From assembly GCA_010909165.1 (NCBI GenBank), contig VJWM01000108.1:682001-746000 (forward strand): a DNA stretch of 64,000 nucleotides, given 5' to 3'. The notes under the pieces were generated by a model. It worked only from the letters and a program-made list of their open reading frames with translations. It searched no databases and was not told where the DNA came from. Every line of letters starts with the position of its first letter. The stretch's first letter is position 1. A program made the position numbers and the translations under genes. The stretch comes from Anthoceros angustus. Taxonomy: Eukaryota; Plantae; Anthocerotophyta. This document shows, in pieces, positions 1 through 10,579 of the stretch.

Positions 1-296
1 CAACAAGTTGCAATATCCAAAGTGTTATAAAGAACTTCTTGTTATACTTTTTGTAACCGATGACGAGGACGGGTTGGGATCAGGCACATGAGAAGGCAAG
101 CATGCCGAAAGGTCGTAGTTCATTTAGAACAAGGTGTGAGTAGGCAGGCATGCCGTAGGGATGTGCGAGAGGTGTAAGTGAAAATGTGGTTTAGTTCTAG
201 TGCAGTTTATAGTAGTTACAAAAACTACCAAGTGTAAGGGTATTTAAGGATAAGAAATGAAGGGCAAGGGACCCCTCATGATGGGACTTGTTTACA
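1..296 (+). mobile_element. 3' part of the 5' LTR of Ty3/gypsy element A (left end outside window)
   Basis: Ends in ...TTTACA (296), followed after 3 nt by a tRNA-Met PBS and then gag. Confidence 0.6.
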
Positions 297-299
297 TTT

Positions 300-311
300 T
301 GGTATCAGAGC
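300..311 (+). promoter_or_regulatory. Primer-binding site, tRNA-iMet type (TGGTATCAGAGC)
   Basis: Exact canonical plant LTR-retrotransposon PBS immediately after a CA-ending LTR. Confidence 0.9.
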
Positions 312-426
312 CACGCGTTCACCAGTTGGTTGAACAAACTGAGCTTACATTGGGAACAAACTTGGCTGTGGCTGTGAGAATTTCAGTCTGACGAACAAAA
401 GTCAAGTTGATTCCTAGTGTTAGCTC

Positions 427-834
427 ATGCATTGCGGGCATTTGAGTTTGGGGAAGGATTGTATGGCAAGACGATACATCCCATCTGATGAAACAGTGGA
501 CAGACATTGGGCAAAGTGGCGTCGCTTGGCTACTTGGAATGGGTTTCCTCGACATCGAGAGCTGCGGAGTGCAATTAAACTAGCAAGGAAGTATATTTGG
601 GACAATCTTTGGGCTGAGGAACTTTGTGCTCTTTTGGAGGAGCGATATCAACAACCTGACGGGGTTGAGTGGTCCAGAACACACAGGAATGCTCTTTACT
701 TGTTACAAGATTTTATACCACCCGAGTTGGATCGCCCAATGTATTTGGAAGTCTGGAGATGGATAGCAACGAGGACGAAATGGAAACAAGTGAAAAACAG
801 ACGCCAGTTGGAGATGAAGTATATGCAGGGATAA
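427..834 (+). CDS. Trp-rich 135-aa ORF between PBS and gag (extra upstream ORF of element A), function unknown
   Basis: Uninterrupted ATG-started ORF; its TAA (832-834) overlaps an ATG (834-836) in the gag frame. Confidence 0.5.
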   Translation: MHCGHLSLGKDCMARRYIPSDETVDRHWAKWRRLATWNGFPRHRELRSAIKLARKYIWDNLWAEELCALLEERYQQPDGVEWSRTHRNALYLLQDFIPPELDRPMYLEVWRWIATRTKWKQVKNRRQLEMKYMQG

Positions 835-2114
835 TGCGGATGATGTAGTTGACTGAGGAGCAAAGGATGCGGATGGAGGAAATTCATGCTGAGGTAAGTT
901 CCTTGCGGGGAGCTACAACTGAGGCAAACACTGCCAGTCCATTGCCACATCTGTTCAGGATGATGGAGGCACAGGCTCAGGAGGTCGCAAGTGTCAGGGC
1001 GGAACTGTTAAGGCAGCGTGAGCATAGTCTAAGAACCACATGAGGGGTTAAGCCTAGCAGACCACAACCATATGCTGGTGAAAGGGATTCTACAAAGTTG
1101 GAGGAGTGGATTGATAAAACTGATCAGTATATGTTGCTTGCAAATGTGGGAATCAAAAGACAGGTGGAGATGGCTGCGTCTTTTCTCACTGGGACAGCAG
1201 CATTGTGGTGGCGACGACGCAAGTTGGCAGTCCGAAGGGGAGAGTCAACTGCAAATACTGTTGGAGAATTAGCTGAAGGATTACGACAACAGTTTTTGCC
1301 TCGTGAAGCGGAGTGGGTAGCACGAGATCGTTTGAGCAAATTGACACAACGTGGAGCTGTAGCAAAGTATACTGATGAGTTTTTGGAACTTGAGCTTTCG
1401 ATAACAGATATGCCAGAGAAGGAACAAGTGGATCGGTATTTGCGGGGGTTAAAATCTCACATATAAAGCTCTAACAAGGATTCGTTGGATGAGGTTATAA
1501 GATTTGCAGATCGAATCGAAGCACACAAGTCTGGAGGACAAGGTGGTACGTGGCAGCTGAATACTCAACCTTGGGTTCCACGGGTAATGACGAAAGCCAG
1601 AGACAATAGTTATACGCAACAAAGATCTGAGGCTGTGCTGATGGAGTTAGGGGCCACACAATTTCCAGGTAGATGTTATTCTTGTGGCAAGTACGGACAT
1701 AGGGCCCAGGAATGTCGAGGAGGGTTCAAAGTTAAGGGAACTCAAAGTGGTGCAGCTAATCGAGGGAGGCAACTGAACACGGTACAGATTGAAGAGGAAA
1801 ATGCTAATATTTCGAAGTTACCTAATGGTAAGAGACCTGTGTACTCCACCTTGTATGCTATTCGTGCAGCGGGGTTAATTCGGGTTCCAATTATGATTAA
1901 AGGGGCACATGCCATCTTGCTTGTAGATTCAGGAGCCAGTGCTAACTTTCTATCTTATGACTTTGCTCAGAGGCATAACATCTTGGCTACATGTGACGGG
2001 GGGCCTGTGTTCTTTGCTGATGGACATCAAGCGTCGACAGCATCTCAATTTAGTCATGCAGTGGATTTAAATATTGAAGGTAGTCAGCATATGATGTCCT
2101 TTATGGTAACATAG
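834..2114 (+). pseudogene. gag: Ty3/gypsy gag (capsid + CCHC zinc knuckle) and aspartic protease, disrupted
   Basis: EEWI...AASFLTGTAALWW...LSKLTQRGAVAKYTDEF (retrotransposon gag); CYSCGKYGHRAQEC at 1674-1715; protease LLVDSGASANF at about 1917-1950. Broken by stops and frameshifts into ORFs 849-1043, 1098-1466, 1485-2114. Confidence 0.9.
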
Positions 2115-2897
2115 TTACAAATTGCATGTGATGGTATCTTGGGAATGCGCTGGTTAGAGGCAAATCAGCCTTGTATCAAGTGGAGAAGTAAAGCTATGAC
2201 TTTCTTCAACTCAAGACGAGAGTACAAGGTACAAGGAGAGCAGGCTGTACCTCAGGTTCAGTTGGTGTTAGCAGCCACAATCCTTTCTAGCTTTAAGAAC
2301 AAGCAAACCTATGATCTATTGTATGTAGTTCGGCTAGCTCAGGAAACACGGTTTAAGGAGTCTGATGTTACAGAACTACTGGATAAATTTGAGGATGTTT
2401 TATCGCTTGCCTTCTAAAACCCCGGATCGGACCATTTCACATAAAATTGATTTAATTGAAGAAAGCATAAACCGCCATGCGCACCTATTTATAAGATGTC
2501 AAGTGGAAGTAAAGCTATGACTTTCTTCAACTCAAGACGAGAGTACAAGGTACAAGGAGAGCAGGCTGTACCTCAGGTTCAGTTGGTGTTAGCAGCCACA
2601 ATCCTTTCTAGCTTTAAGAACAAGCAAACCTATGATCTATTGTATGTAGTTCGGCTAGCTCAGGAAACACGGTTTAAGGAGTCTGATGTTACAGAACTAC
2701 TGGATAAATTTGAGGATGTGTTGGTCACTGAATTGCCTTCTAGAAACCCCCCGGATCGGACCATTTCACATAAAATTGATTTAACTGAAGGAAAGCATAA
2801 ACTGCCATGCAGACCTATTTATAAGATGTCACCGGTGGAAATTGCTGAGTCTCGGCGACAAGTGGAGGAGTTGCTTAAGAAGGGTTTTATTCGACGG
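2115..2897 (+). pseudogene. pol: Ty3/gypsy pol: protease C-terminus, linker and RT N-terminus, truncated
   Basis: (I)LGMRWLEANQP; HKIDL...PIYKMSPVEIAESRRQVEELLKKGFIR is the typical start of gypsy RT; the reading switches to unrelated sequence at about 2898. Confidence 0.85.
2176..2830 (+). repeat. Direct tandem duplication of about 325 bp (2176-2498 / 2499-2830)
   Basis: Near-identical copies starting TCAAGTGGA(GA)AGTAAAGCTATGACTTTC; junction at TCA microhomology. Confidence 0.9.
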
Positions 2898-2949
2898 ATG
2901 TGTGGGAGCGGTCGTGGAAGTAGATGCGGTCGTCGAAGGGGAAGTAGGT

Positions 2950-5900
2950 CGTGGAAGTCGATCAGTGGTACGGGAAGTCCGGGGAATTTAACCCTAAGGA
3001 AATTGGAAAAGACGACCGAAGTACATTCAAATGGTGGAGCGCAACGGCGGCTGGAGCGAGAGTGAGGAGTGGAGCGCAACGGCGGCTAGAGCGCGAGGAC
3101 GTCGAGGAGCTACGTCTGGAGGGGACGAGGGATGGGCACCAACTCAAGAAGGGGCCTCGAACCCTTGCCGCTTATGTGAGCACAGGTGAGTGCGGTCGCC
3201 GCCGGTGAAGGATAAGCAACCAGGCGAGGGAATTAGAGCGAGGCCTCAGGATTGGGACATAGAATTGATCAGGAAAGTGCATGAGCGCAGCAAGGAGGAA
3301 GCGGGTGGGTTGGTGATTGAACCCTCTCGGAAGAGAAGCACAGCAGCGGTAGCAGCGGCCCTGGTCAAGACGGGTGTAATTCGGGAACCCAATGGCTGGT
3401 TGACCCGAGAATTGGTATCAGCCCAGCTGATGGGTCTGGCCAGATGGCTCCTTTGTTTTCAAGGCACAAGGATTATTTGTCAACCATTTCTGTTTTTCTC
3501 CATGAAGTTGTCAAGGGACGAGGATCGATTGGGGACCAATTCTTTTTGACAAGTGTGAGGAGAGGTTGAATCGATCTCCTTTCCTCGTCCCTCTCTAATT
3601 CGCCATTCTCGTTCACTTGTATGCGCACTCTAACCATTTCTGTTTTTCTCCATGAAGTTGTCAAGGGACGAGGATCGATTGGGGCCAATTCTTTTTGACA
3701 AGTATGTGAGGAGAGGTTGAATCGATCTCCTCTTTCCTCGTCCCTCTCTAATTCGCCATTTAGTTCACTTATGCGCACTAACTGTCGAAGGTAGAAATTG
3801 TGGCCTCCCTCCACATATGGAAACCTTAGGAGGTGAAATGGAAGCGAAGAGCCTAAGGGAGATAGAGGAAGGATCCGACATGGGAGTCCGTGGCGACGAT
3901 TCGAGGAAAAGGAGGTTGCCATAGGCAAGAAGAGAAAGGCCGGGGAGTGCCACCAACGAAGGGAGGTGGACGCCACCACCGGGTCGATGCGCCAGAAAAA
4001 GGCGAAGAAAATGAAGGCCCGGGCGGTCGATCTGGCGGAGGAAGAGGCGGTCAGGAAGACAATTTTAGACACGGACGGATGATGAACCGAATTCCGGGAG
4101 TTGACAGAAGGACCCTCCTCGGGATGGGAAGAGATTTTCAAGGAGCTCCATTGGCGATGAGGTCGACGTACCCGGGATTGGGACATAGAATTGATCAGAA
4201 AGTGCATGGCGCAAGGAGGAAGCGGGTGGGTTGGTGATTGAACCCTCTGAAGAGAAAACCGTGTGATGTGTGTACAGTCAAGACGGGTGTAATTCGGGAA
4301 CCCAATGGCTGGTTGACCCGAGAATTGGTATCAGCCGGTGATGGGTCTCGCCGATGGCTCCTTTGTTTTCAAGGCACAAGGATTATTTGTCAACCATTTC
4401 TGTTTTTCTCCATGAAGTTGTCAAGGGACGAGGATCGATTGGGGACCAATTCTTTTTGACAAGTGTGAGGAGAGGTTGAATCGATCTCCTTTCCTCGTCC
4501 CTCTCTAATTCGCCATTCTCGTTCACTTGTATGCGCACTCTAACCATTTCTGTTTTTCTCCATGAAGTTGTCAAGGGGACGAGGATCGATTGGGGACGAA
4601 TTCTTTTTGACAAGCTGTGTGAGGAGAGGTTGAATCTGATCTCCTCTTTCCCTCGTCCCTCTCTAATTACGCCATTTCTGGTTCACTTGTATGCGCACTC
4701 TAACTATCTGTCGAAGGTAGAAATTGTGGCCTCCCTCCACATATGGAAACCAGTTAGGGAGGTGAAATGGAAAGCAGAAGAGCCTAAGGGGGAGATAGAG
4801 GAAGGATCTGACAGCTGGGAGTCCGTGGCGACGGACAGTTCAGAAGAGGAAAAGGAGGTTGCCATAGGCAAGAAGAGAAAGGCCGGGGAGGCGCGCCAAC
4901 GGCGAAGGTGGACGCGCTGCCACCAGTCGGGTCGGGCGCTACCGCAGAAAAAAGAAGGCGAAGAAAATGAAGGCCCGGGCGGTCGATCTGGCGGAGGAAG
5001 AGGCGGTCAGGAAGACAATTTTAGACACGGACGGATGATGAACCGAATTCCGGGAGTTGACAGAAGGACCCTCCTCGGGATGGGAAGAGATTTTCAAGGA
5101 GCTCCATTGGCGATGAGGTCGACGTACCCGGGATTGGGACATAGAATTGATCGAAAGTGCATGAGCGCAGCAAGGAGGAAGCGGGTGGGTTGGTGATTGA
5201 ACCCTCTAAGAGAAGCACGATGCTTGGCAATGCCGTCAAGACGGGTAATTCGGGAACCCAATGGCTGGTTGACCCGAGAATTGGTATCAGCCGGTGATGG
5301 GTCTCGCCGATGGCTCCTTTGTTTTTCTCTGACAAGCGGGATTATTTGTCTAACCATTTGCTTTTTCTCCATGAAGTTGTCAAGGGGACGAGGATCGATT
5401 GGGGACGAATTCTTTTTGACAAGCTGCGTGAGGAGAGGTTGAATCTGATCTCCTCTTTCCCTCGTCCCTCTCTAATTCGCCATTCTGTTCACTTGTATAC
5501 GCTCTATATCATCGAAGGTAGAAATTGTGGCCTCCCTCCACATATGGAAACCAGTTAGGGAGGTGAAATGGAAAGCAGGAGAGCCTAAGGGGGAGATAGA
5601 GGAAGGATCGGTGGGAGTCCGTGGGAAGATTCGAGGAAAAGGAGGTTGCCATAGGCAAGAAGAGAAAGGCCGGGGAGGCGGGCGCGCCTCAACGAAGGGA
5701 GGGTGACGGCCACCAGTCGGTCAGCCAGGCGCTACCGCAGAAAAAGGCGAAGAAAATGAAGGCCAAGCGGCAGGTCGATCTGGCGGAGGAAGAGGCGCGG
5801 TCCGAGGAAGACAATTTTGCTGACCTGGATGCAGATGATGAACCGACCCCGGAAGGATTAGGGTTGACCCAGCAGCGGACCCCTCCTCAGGATGGGAAGA

Positions 5901-6450
5901 GATTTTCAAGGGAGCTCCATTGGCGACAGAGGTCGACGCAGCCGAATTGGTTAGGGTGCGCACCCTGCTGGGAAGGAAGGTGTTGGATAGGGGAATGGCG
6001 TCTGGCGCGGGGCCTCCGCAACAAGTGGATTTGCAGGAACTAACCACAGTTATGATCCGGGCCCAGTCGGACTTGCTGGACCAAGGAGCGCTGGACCTCA
6101 TATGGCTCAGTGTGCAAGGGCGGCGAGAGGAAGTGGTGAAGGCCCGATTCGATGAGGAAGAGGCTAAGCGGAAACAGCTGGAGGAAGATAAGCGGGTCCT
6201 GGAGGAGATGAGGGTCAAGATTCAGGAGGATTTGCGCAGAGGAGTTGCAGTCCATGATGGGACGGCAGGAAGCGCTCATGGCCCAGATCAAGGATGCCCA
6301 TGAGGCAAATCAAGAAATGCAGGGGGAATTGTTGCGAGTCCAAGAGCAAGAGGCAGCCTCCGTGGAGAAGGCCCATAAGTTGGCGGACTGGTACAAGCGG
6401 GAGCGGGACGAGGCACGTGGCCGAGCCAGGAAGGAGAAGGGAAAAGGGAA
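2950..6450 (+). pseudogene. Extra (env-position) ORF of an Athila/Tat-like gypsy element: plant-transposon-protein-like domain, acidic/basic region and coiled coil, frameshifted and triplicated
   Basis: FLHEVVKGTRIDWGRILFDKLCEERLNLISSFPRPSLITPFLVHLYAH resembles the conserved block of plant gypsy extra ORFs (recalled, not searched); followed by E/K-rich and coiled-coil segments (5920-6450). Confidence 0.55.
3249..5950 (+). repeat. Three tandem copies of a 930-950 bp segment (starts about 3249, 4175, 5130) with internal 150-170 bp duplications in copies 1 and 2
   Basis: GGATTGGGACATAGAATTGATC and GAACCCAATGGCTGGTTGACCCGAGAATTGGTATCAGCC each occur three times at this spacing. Confidence 0.9.
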
Positions 6451-6696
6451 GCGGAGTAGCAGGTCCACGACTGGGGTAGTGGAAGGAACTACCGGAGGAA
6501 AGGAAGAAGCAACCGAGGTAGCCGAAACACCTACCAGAGTTGCTGAACAGACGGTCGTGGAGTCCGCTACCGCGGTGGTGGAAATTGCTACCGACATTGG
6601 AGAACCCAACTCTAAAGCGGCCATGAGTGGAGCAACAGGACGCGACGTGATGTGGACCTCAAGGTGTCCCTAGACACAAGTTCACACTTCACATTT

Positions 6697-6714
6697 TGGC
6701 GCCGTTGCCGGGGA
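6697..6714 (+). promoter_or_regulatory. Primer-binding site, tRNA-Asp type (TGGCGCCGTTGCCGGGGA)
   Basis: Matches the PBS typical of Athila-like plant gypsy elements; preceded by ...CTTCACA plus 3 T (LTR 3' end at 6693). Confidence 0.85.
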
Positions 6715-6793
6715 ATGAAACCGCTGTCAAGGACGTAGGTAGAACTAACATTAGCCTAAGTAGAGAGTCTAGCATTAATAGATTGATAGATGG

Positions 6794-8760
6794 ATGCCTC
6801 GGGTGAAGACAAGCGGCTCTGGGTCTGACTGTGGGGAAACGCCTTTGGTAAAACGACAACGCCAAGCAGCGGAAAGGTTGCAGAGGGTCACAAGGAGGGC
6901 GCAGGGGGAGGCTACACCTGCTGGACGAGGAAGAGGGACGAGGAGTCAGCCCGGAATCGGGGATCGGATCCTATCCGATTCAGATTCTCAACTCTCGGCT
7001 ACGGAAGAGGTACAAGGGCCCAGGTACCCCAACCCGACCTTGCTTTTTGATCTCCGCTCCGGATTCCCTAGACCAGCTTCAGTTCAGTCAAACTTCGTGG
7101 GTGTGGAAGTCAGTCCAGACGTGGTAGTTGTGTCAACTACCGCAGTCGCTGAAAGTACTACCACGATAGTTATGACTACTACTCCGGTAGTTTACCACTA
7201 AGCAATCCTACCCGCTGTATGGCAAAAAGAAGGGCCACGAGGATCCTGACGAGTTTGTCGAGCGTTTTGAGCAGCTGACGCTTGCCAACCAGGAGGTAGG
7301 GGACGCGCAACGTGCCCAGCTGTTCTATGGAGTCTTGTGCGGAACGGCGGCCAAGTGGTACAAACGAGAGTATTTAGCCTCGTCCACACCCCCAGCCACC
7401 TTTGAAGTCTTGAAGAGGGCTTTTTGCGAAAGGTTTAGGGGAGTTGATGTGGAGGGATATGTCTTGTCCAAACTCGAGGGATTGCGGAGAGGGAAGAAGG
7501 AGACACTGCAGCTTATGTGGAAAGGTTCCACACCGCTGTGATCGCGGCCGGACCTCACTGGAGTTAATGGCAATCCGCTGGTTCGCGAGGGTCCGGGCCC
7601 GAGATGGGGAAGCACGATGGCTCCAAGCCGAGAAAGACTTGATTGGCGATCAAGGCCGCCTCGAACCACGAGGAGTCCAATGCAGGGGAAAAAGAAATCA
7701 AGAGGGGCACATGGAGAGACAAGAAGAAATCCAAAAGAAGAAGAAGTACTACCCTCCTCCGATGATGCCCACGGAGGAAGATAGCTCCTCACAGACTCTG
7801 ATAGTTCCAGTAAGAAGAGACCGTGATAGCTCAGAAAGATTCACGAGATGAGCGTCAAGGGACAAAAGAAACGAAAAATGAGTGGGAACGCGCCAGAGGA
7901 AAGGAGCTCGTGTATGCAAAAAAAGACGCGGAGCAGGTGAGAAGAGAGGTGGAAACAGCAGCAAAAAAGGTGGAGCAACAGGGAAACAAGATGGAAGAAA
8001 TGATGGTCAAACTGGAGAAACTTCATCTCAATGCCATAAAAGAACACGAGAGGAGAAGGGCTACTACGAGGGCATGAGCGAATCTCTTCTGCTCGACTTG
8101 CGGACAGCAGGGCCACTCGAGGTCGAATCGCCTGCAAAACGAAGGTGCAATCAGGGCTAGAGGAGGAGGAGGAGATGTGCTTGGAAGATACATACCAAAT
8201 TCAAGAGGCGACACGATTTTGGCACCAAGACTTTGTACTTCGAGTTTACGAAACTCCCCAAACATGGGCATTCAATCGATGGCAAGGAACCCCGCAAATG
8301 AGTGCCATTCGGTTACAATTGTCGAGGGTTCTATCCATGAGCCTGCCCCTTCCGCATCTCGCCAGGGAATGGTGATTTTGAGAGGTTGTGTGATTGCAAG
8401 CAATCGGGACATAAGCGTGTTCTCTCGTCAGACATGAAGAAACATGTGAGGATTGCTCACCCCTGCTACAACCCACCCACCCACAAGAAAGTCCGCTGCC
8501 GATGCAAGTCAAGATGCGCTCATGGCCGTATGGGAGGATTCCCGAGGCCATCGAGGAGTTTGAGGGGAGGATGGACAAGCGGGTACTATGAAACTCGCCA
8601 TGGTCGTCAACGGAGCGAAATGAGGAAGGCAGACACCCTCAGAAGAGGAGAATGGGGGAAGAAAAGAAAGAAGGAAGGATTGGAAGCCTCCGTAACATCT
8701 GTGAGTGAGGAGGAAGTCACGTCTTCATCAGGCGAAGAAGGAAGGGAGGTTCAACCAGAG
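6794..8760 (+). pseudogene. gag: gag of Athila/Tat-like gypsy element B, frameshifted
   Basis: GHEDPDEFVERFEQLTLAN...GTAAKWY...FEVLKRAFCERF...LSKLEGLRRGKKET (7225-7510, across frames); coiled coil 7823-8077; C-x2-C-x4-H-like CDCKQSGH at about 8386. Confidence 0.75.
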
Positions 8761-10119
8761 CCAATGAGGGGCCTGAAGGCCGTCCGCAGACGGAGAGGAG
8801 CACGAACCCAGGATGGGCGTAGGTAAACGTCTGAGGCCCGCACGGGCCAGACTCATGATTTTGGCACACAAGGCTGCGGACTTCTGGTGACCCGAACCAG
8901 CGGATCCGCGGGTGGCGTGCAAAGGAGGAAGCGGAGGGAATAGAGCTGAGTCGCGGTGGTCCGCGGAAAATCCGGGCGGGGAAAAAGGATGACTTGGCAT
9001 TCCGCGATGTCAAGGGAAGTTATGGAGATGATCCGAGAGGAACTAGAACCTTGACCGTCATCATACCCACTCACAGTACCACAAAACTAGTTATTGGCCA
9101 TCCTGTTCAACGACCCGTGAGGAGGCTACCGCGGCTTCATAATAAAAGGAGGGTGCAGGAGTCAGAAGGGAGAACATGAAATAGCCCTTCCAATCGGGGA
9201 GGCCATCATGGACAAAAGTTCATGATAACATTTGGACGACTTCTCGGGGACAATCCAGCACGCCAAAAATCGGTGGGCGTTGAAGGCAGCATAACCCAAG
9301 AAGAGGCGCGCTCTTCCCAAAACAAGGCCAAGACCCCTTGCCGTGAACATGGTGGCCATGGTTGACCATGGCCTGCTGGAGTCGCATCGAAATTTCGGGT
9401 GTAATTGTGGCGACTTTGGGCCGACGGCCAGGCCAAGACAATCCCGTGTCGTTGTAGTAAGGAGTCCGCTCCCAAGAGAATGATAGGCTCCGTTTGTCGC
9501 ATTCAATCATTTCTCACCTCACACCGTGACCGTTTCAGACTCAAACACACACGTTTATCGTTTCACGACTAACTACCCGTAACGTCCACCGAACAGGCTC
9601 GGCGTGGCCAAACGTTTAAGGACTCATTCGCATCCGTATCATTCCAATCCGTCCCTCGTACTTCTAGTCCGTCCCTCTTATCACTCTCGCTACACTCATC
9701 GTTCTTTGGAAAAAGGCGGGTGGGCTGCGTGGTCCGGACCTCTTCCGTCGTTCACCGGGCCTCTCCGTCCGGGCTCTACACGCCCTCCCGGAGTTCCTCC
9801 GGCTCACGCGTTCGGTCCGCCTAACGCCGGTCGCTCACGCCGACGCAAGGGTCCCCGATCGCCTCCCCTCGCACACACCGCCACACGCTAGGGTCCGGCC
9901 ACGAACCGACTGGGCCTCCCGGAGCCGCCGTGCTCGCCGGACTGTGACTCACGTTAGCAGGAAGACGCACAAGGGTCTGCAAGAAAATGCGGTATCCACA
10001 CCAAGAGAAAGATACTTTACTAGAGCAACTCCGGCTCTCTTATACTACGCCCAAGGTCGGCGTCTTTATTACACTCCTATTCTCGAGCGGTGGCCACCTG
10101 TGCCCTAATCGGCCTACCA

Positions 10120-10142
10120 TCTTACCCCTCTCCCTATCTCCG
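10120..10142 (-). promoter_or_regulatory. Putative polypurine tract of a minus-strand LTR element, with a putative LTR extending left to about 9500
   Basis: Minus strand reads GGAGATAGGGAGAGGGGTAAGA then TG; a TATAAGA motif occurs about 75 nt downstream on the minus strand. No second LTR copy in the window to confirm. Confidence 0.35.
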
Positions 10143-10369
10143 CCATGGTGGGCCTGGGATGCCCTTGGTCTACCGGCCGATGACCCCACCTTGCCTCGAC
10201 GCATACCCAATCGGATGATCCGCGAGGCGGGACCTTCCCTTCCCGAGACCGGGTTAGCACGGCGGCGGCCCGACCACCGCGAACCACCACATCCTCCTCT
10301 CCTGCCTTCGAGTGGGTCCGGTAAGACCACCGCTGACGCCCTCCCCGAGCACGCCGGGTGACTCCCTCT

Positions 10370-10530
10370 CTCTCCCGAGTCCGGACCTCGGGGTCCGTCT
10401 CCTCGGGTCCGATCTGAGTCGGCCTTATTCAGTCCGGACCTCAGGGTCCGGTCTCGTCAGGGGTTCGGACCTCAGGTCCAGGCCTTATTCTGAGTCAGGT
10501 CCTCAAGTCCCGACCTCACCCGGACTCGTT
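10370..10530. repeat. Short degenerate tandem repeats (CCGGACCTC(A/G)GGGTCC / GGCCTTATTC)
   Basis: At least 4 copies of GGACCTC-containing units and two GGCCTTATTC copies, located between the extra ORF and the putative PPT. Confidence 0.7.
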
Positions 10531-10579
10531 AGGGGGTCCTCACTCACCGTCCTTCCCGTCCGGTTGGTCCTCCTCCTCA

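Noticed and set aside
300-311. tRNA gene-like sequence at PBS sites (also 6697, 30829, 34988)
   Set aside because: Only 12-18 nt complementary to tRNA 3' ends; these are primer-binding sites, not tRNA genes.
3249-5950. Triplication as an adaptive repeat-protein expansion
   Set aside because: Each copy jumps back at a short (A/G)ATTGG microhomology and copies differ by scattered indels; more likely a consensus or assembly slip unless reads confirm it.
8800-9510. pol-like fragments (RLFLGY, IILLGAD on minus; IEISG..TL.DG on plus)
   Set aside because: Competing readings on both strands, none with a clean motif; left unannotated.
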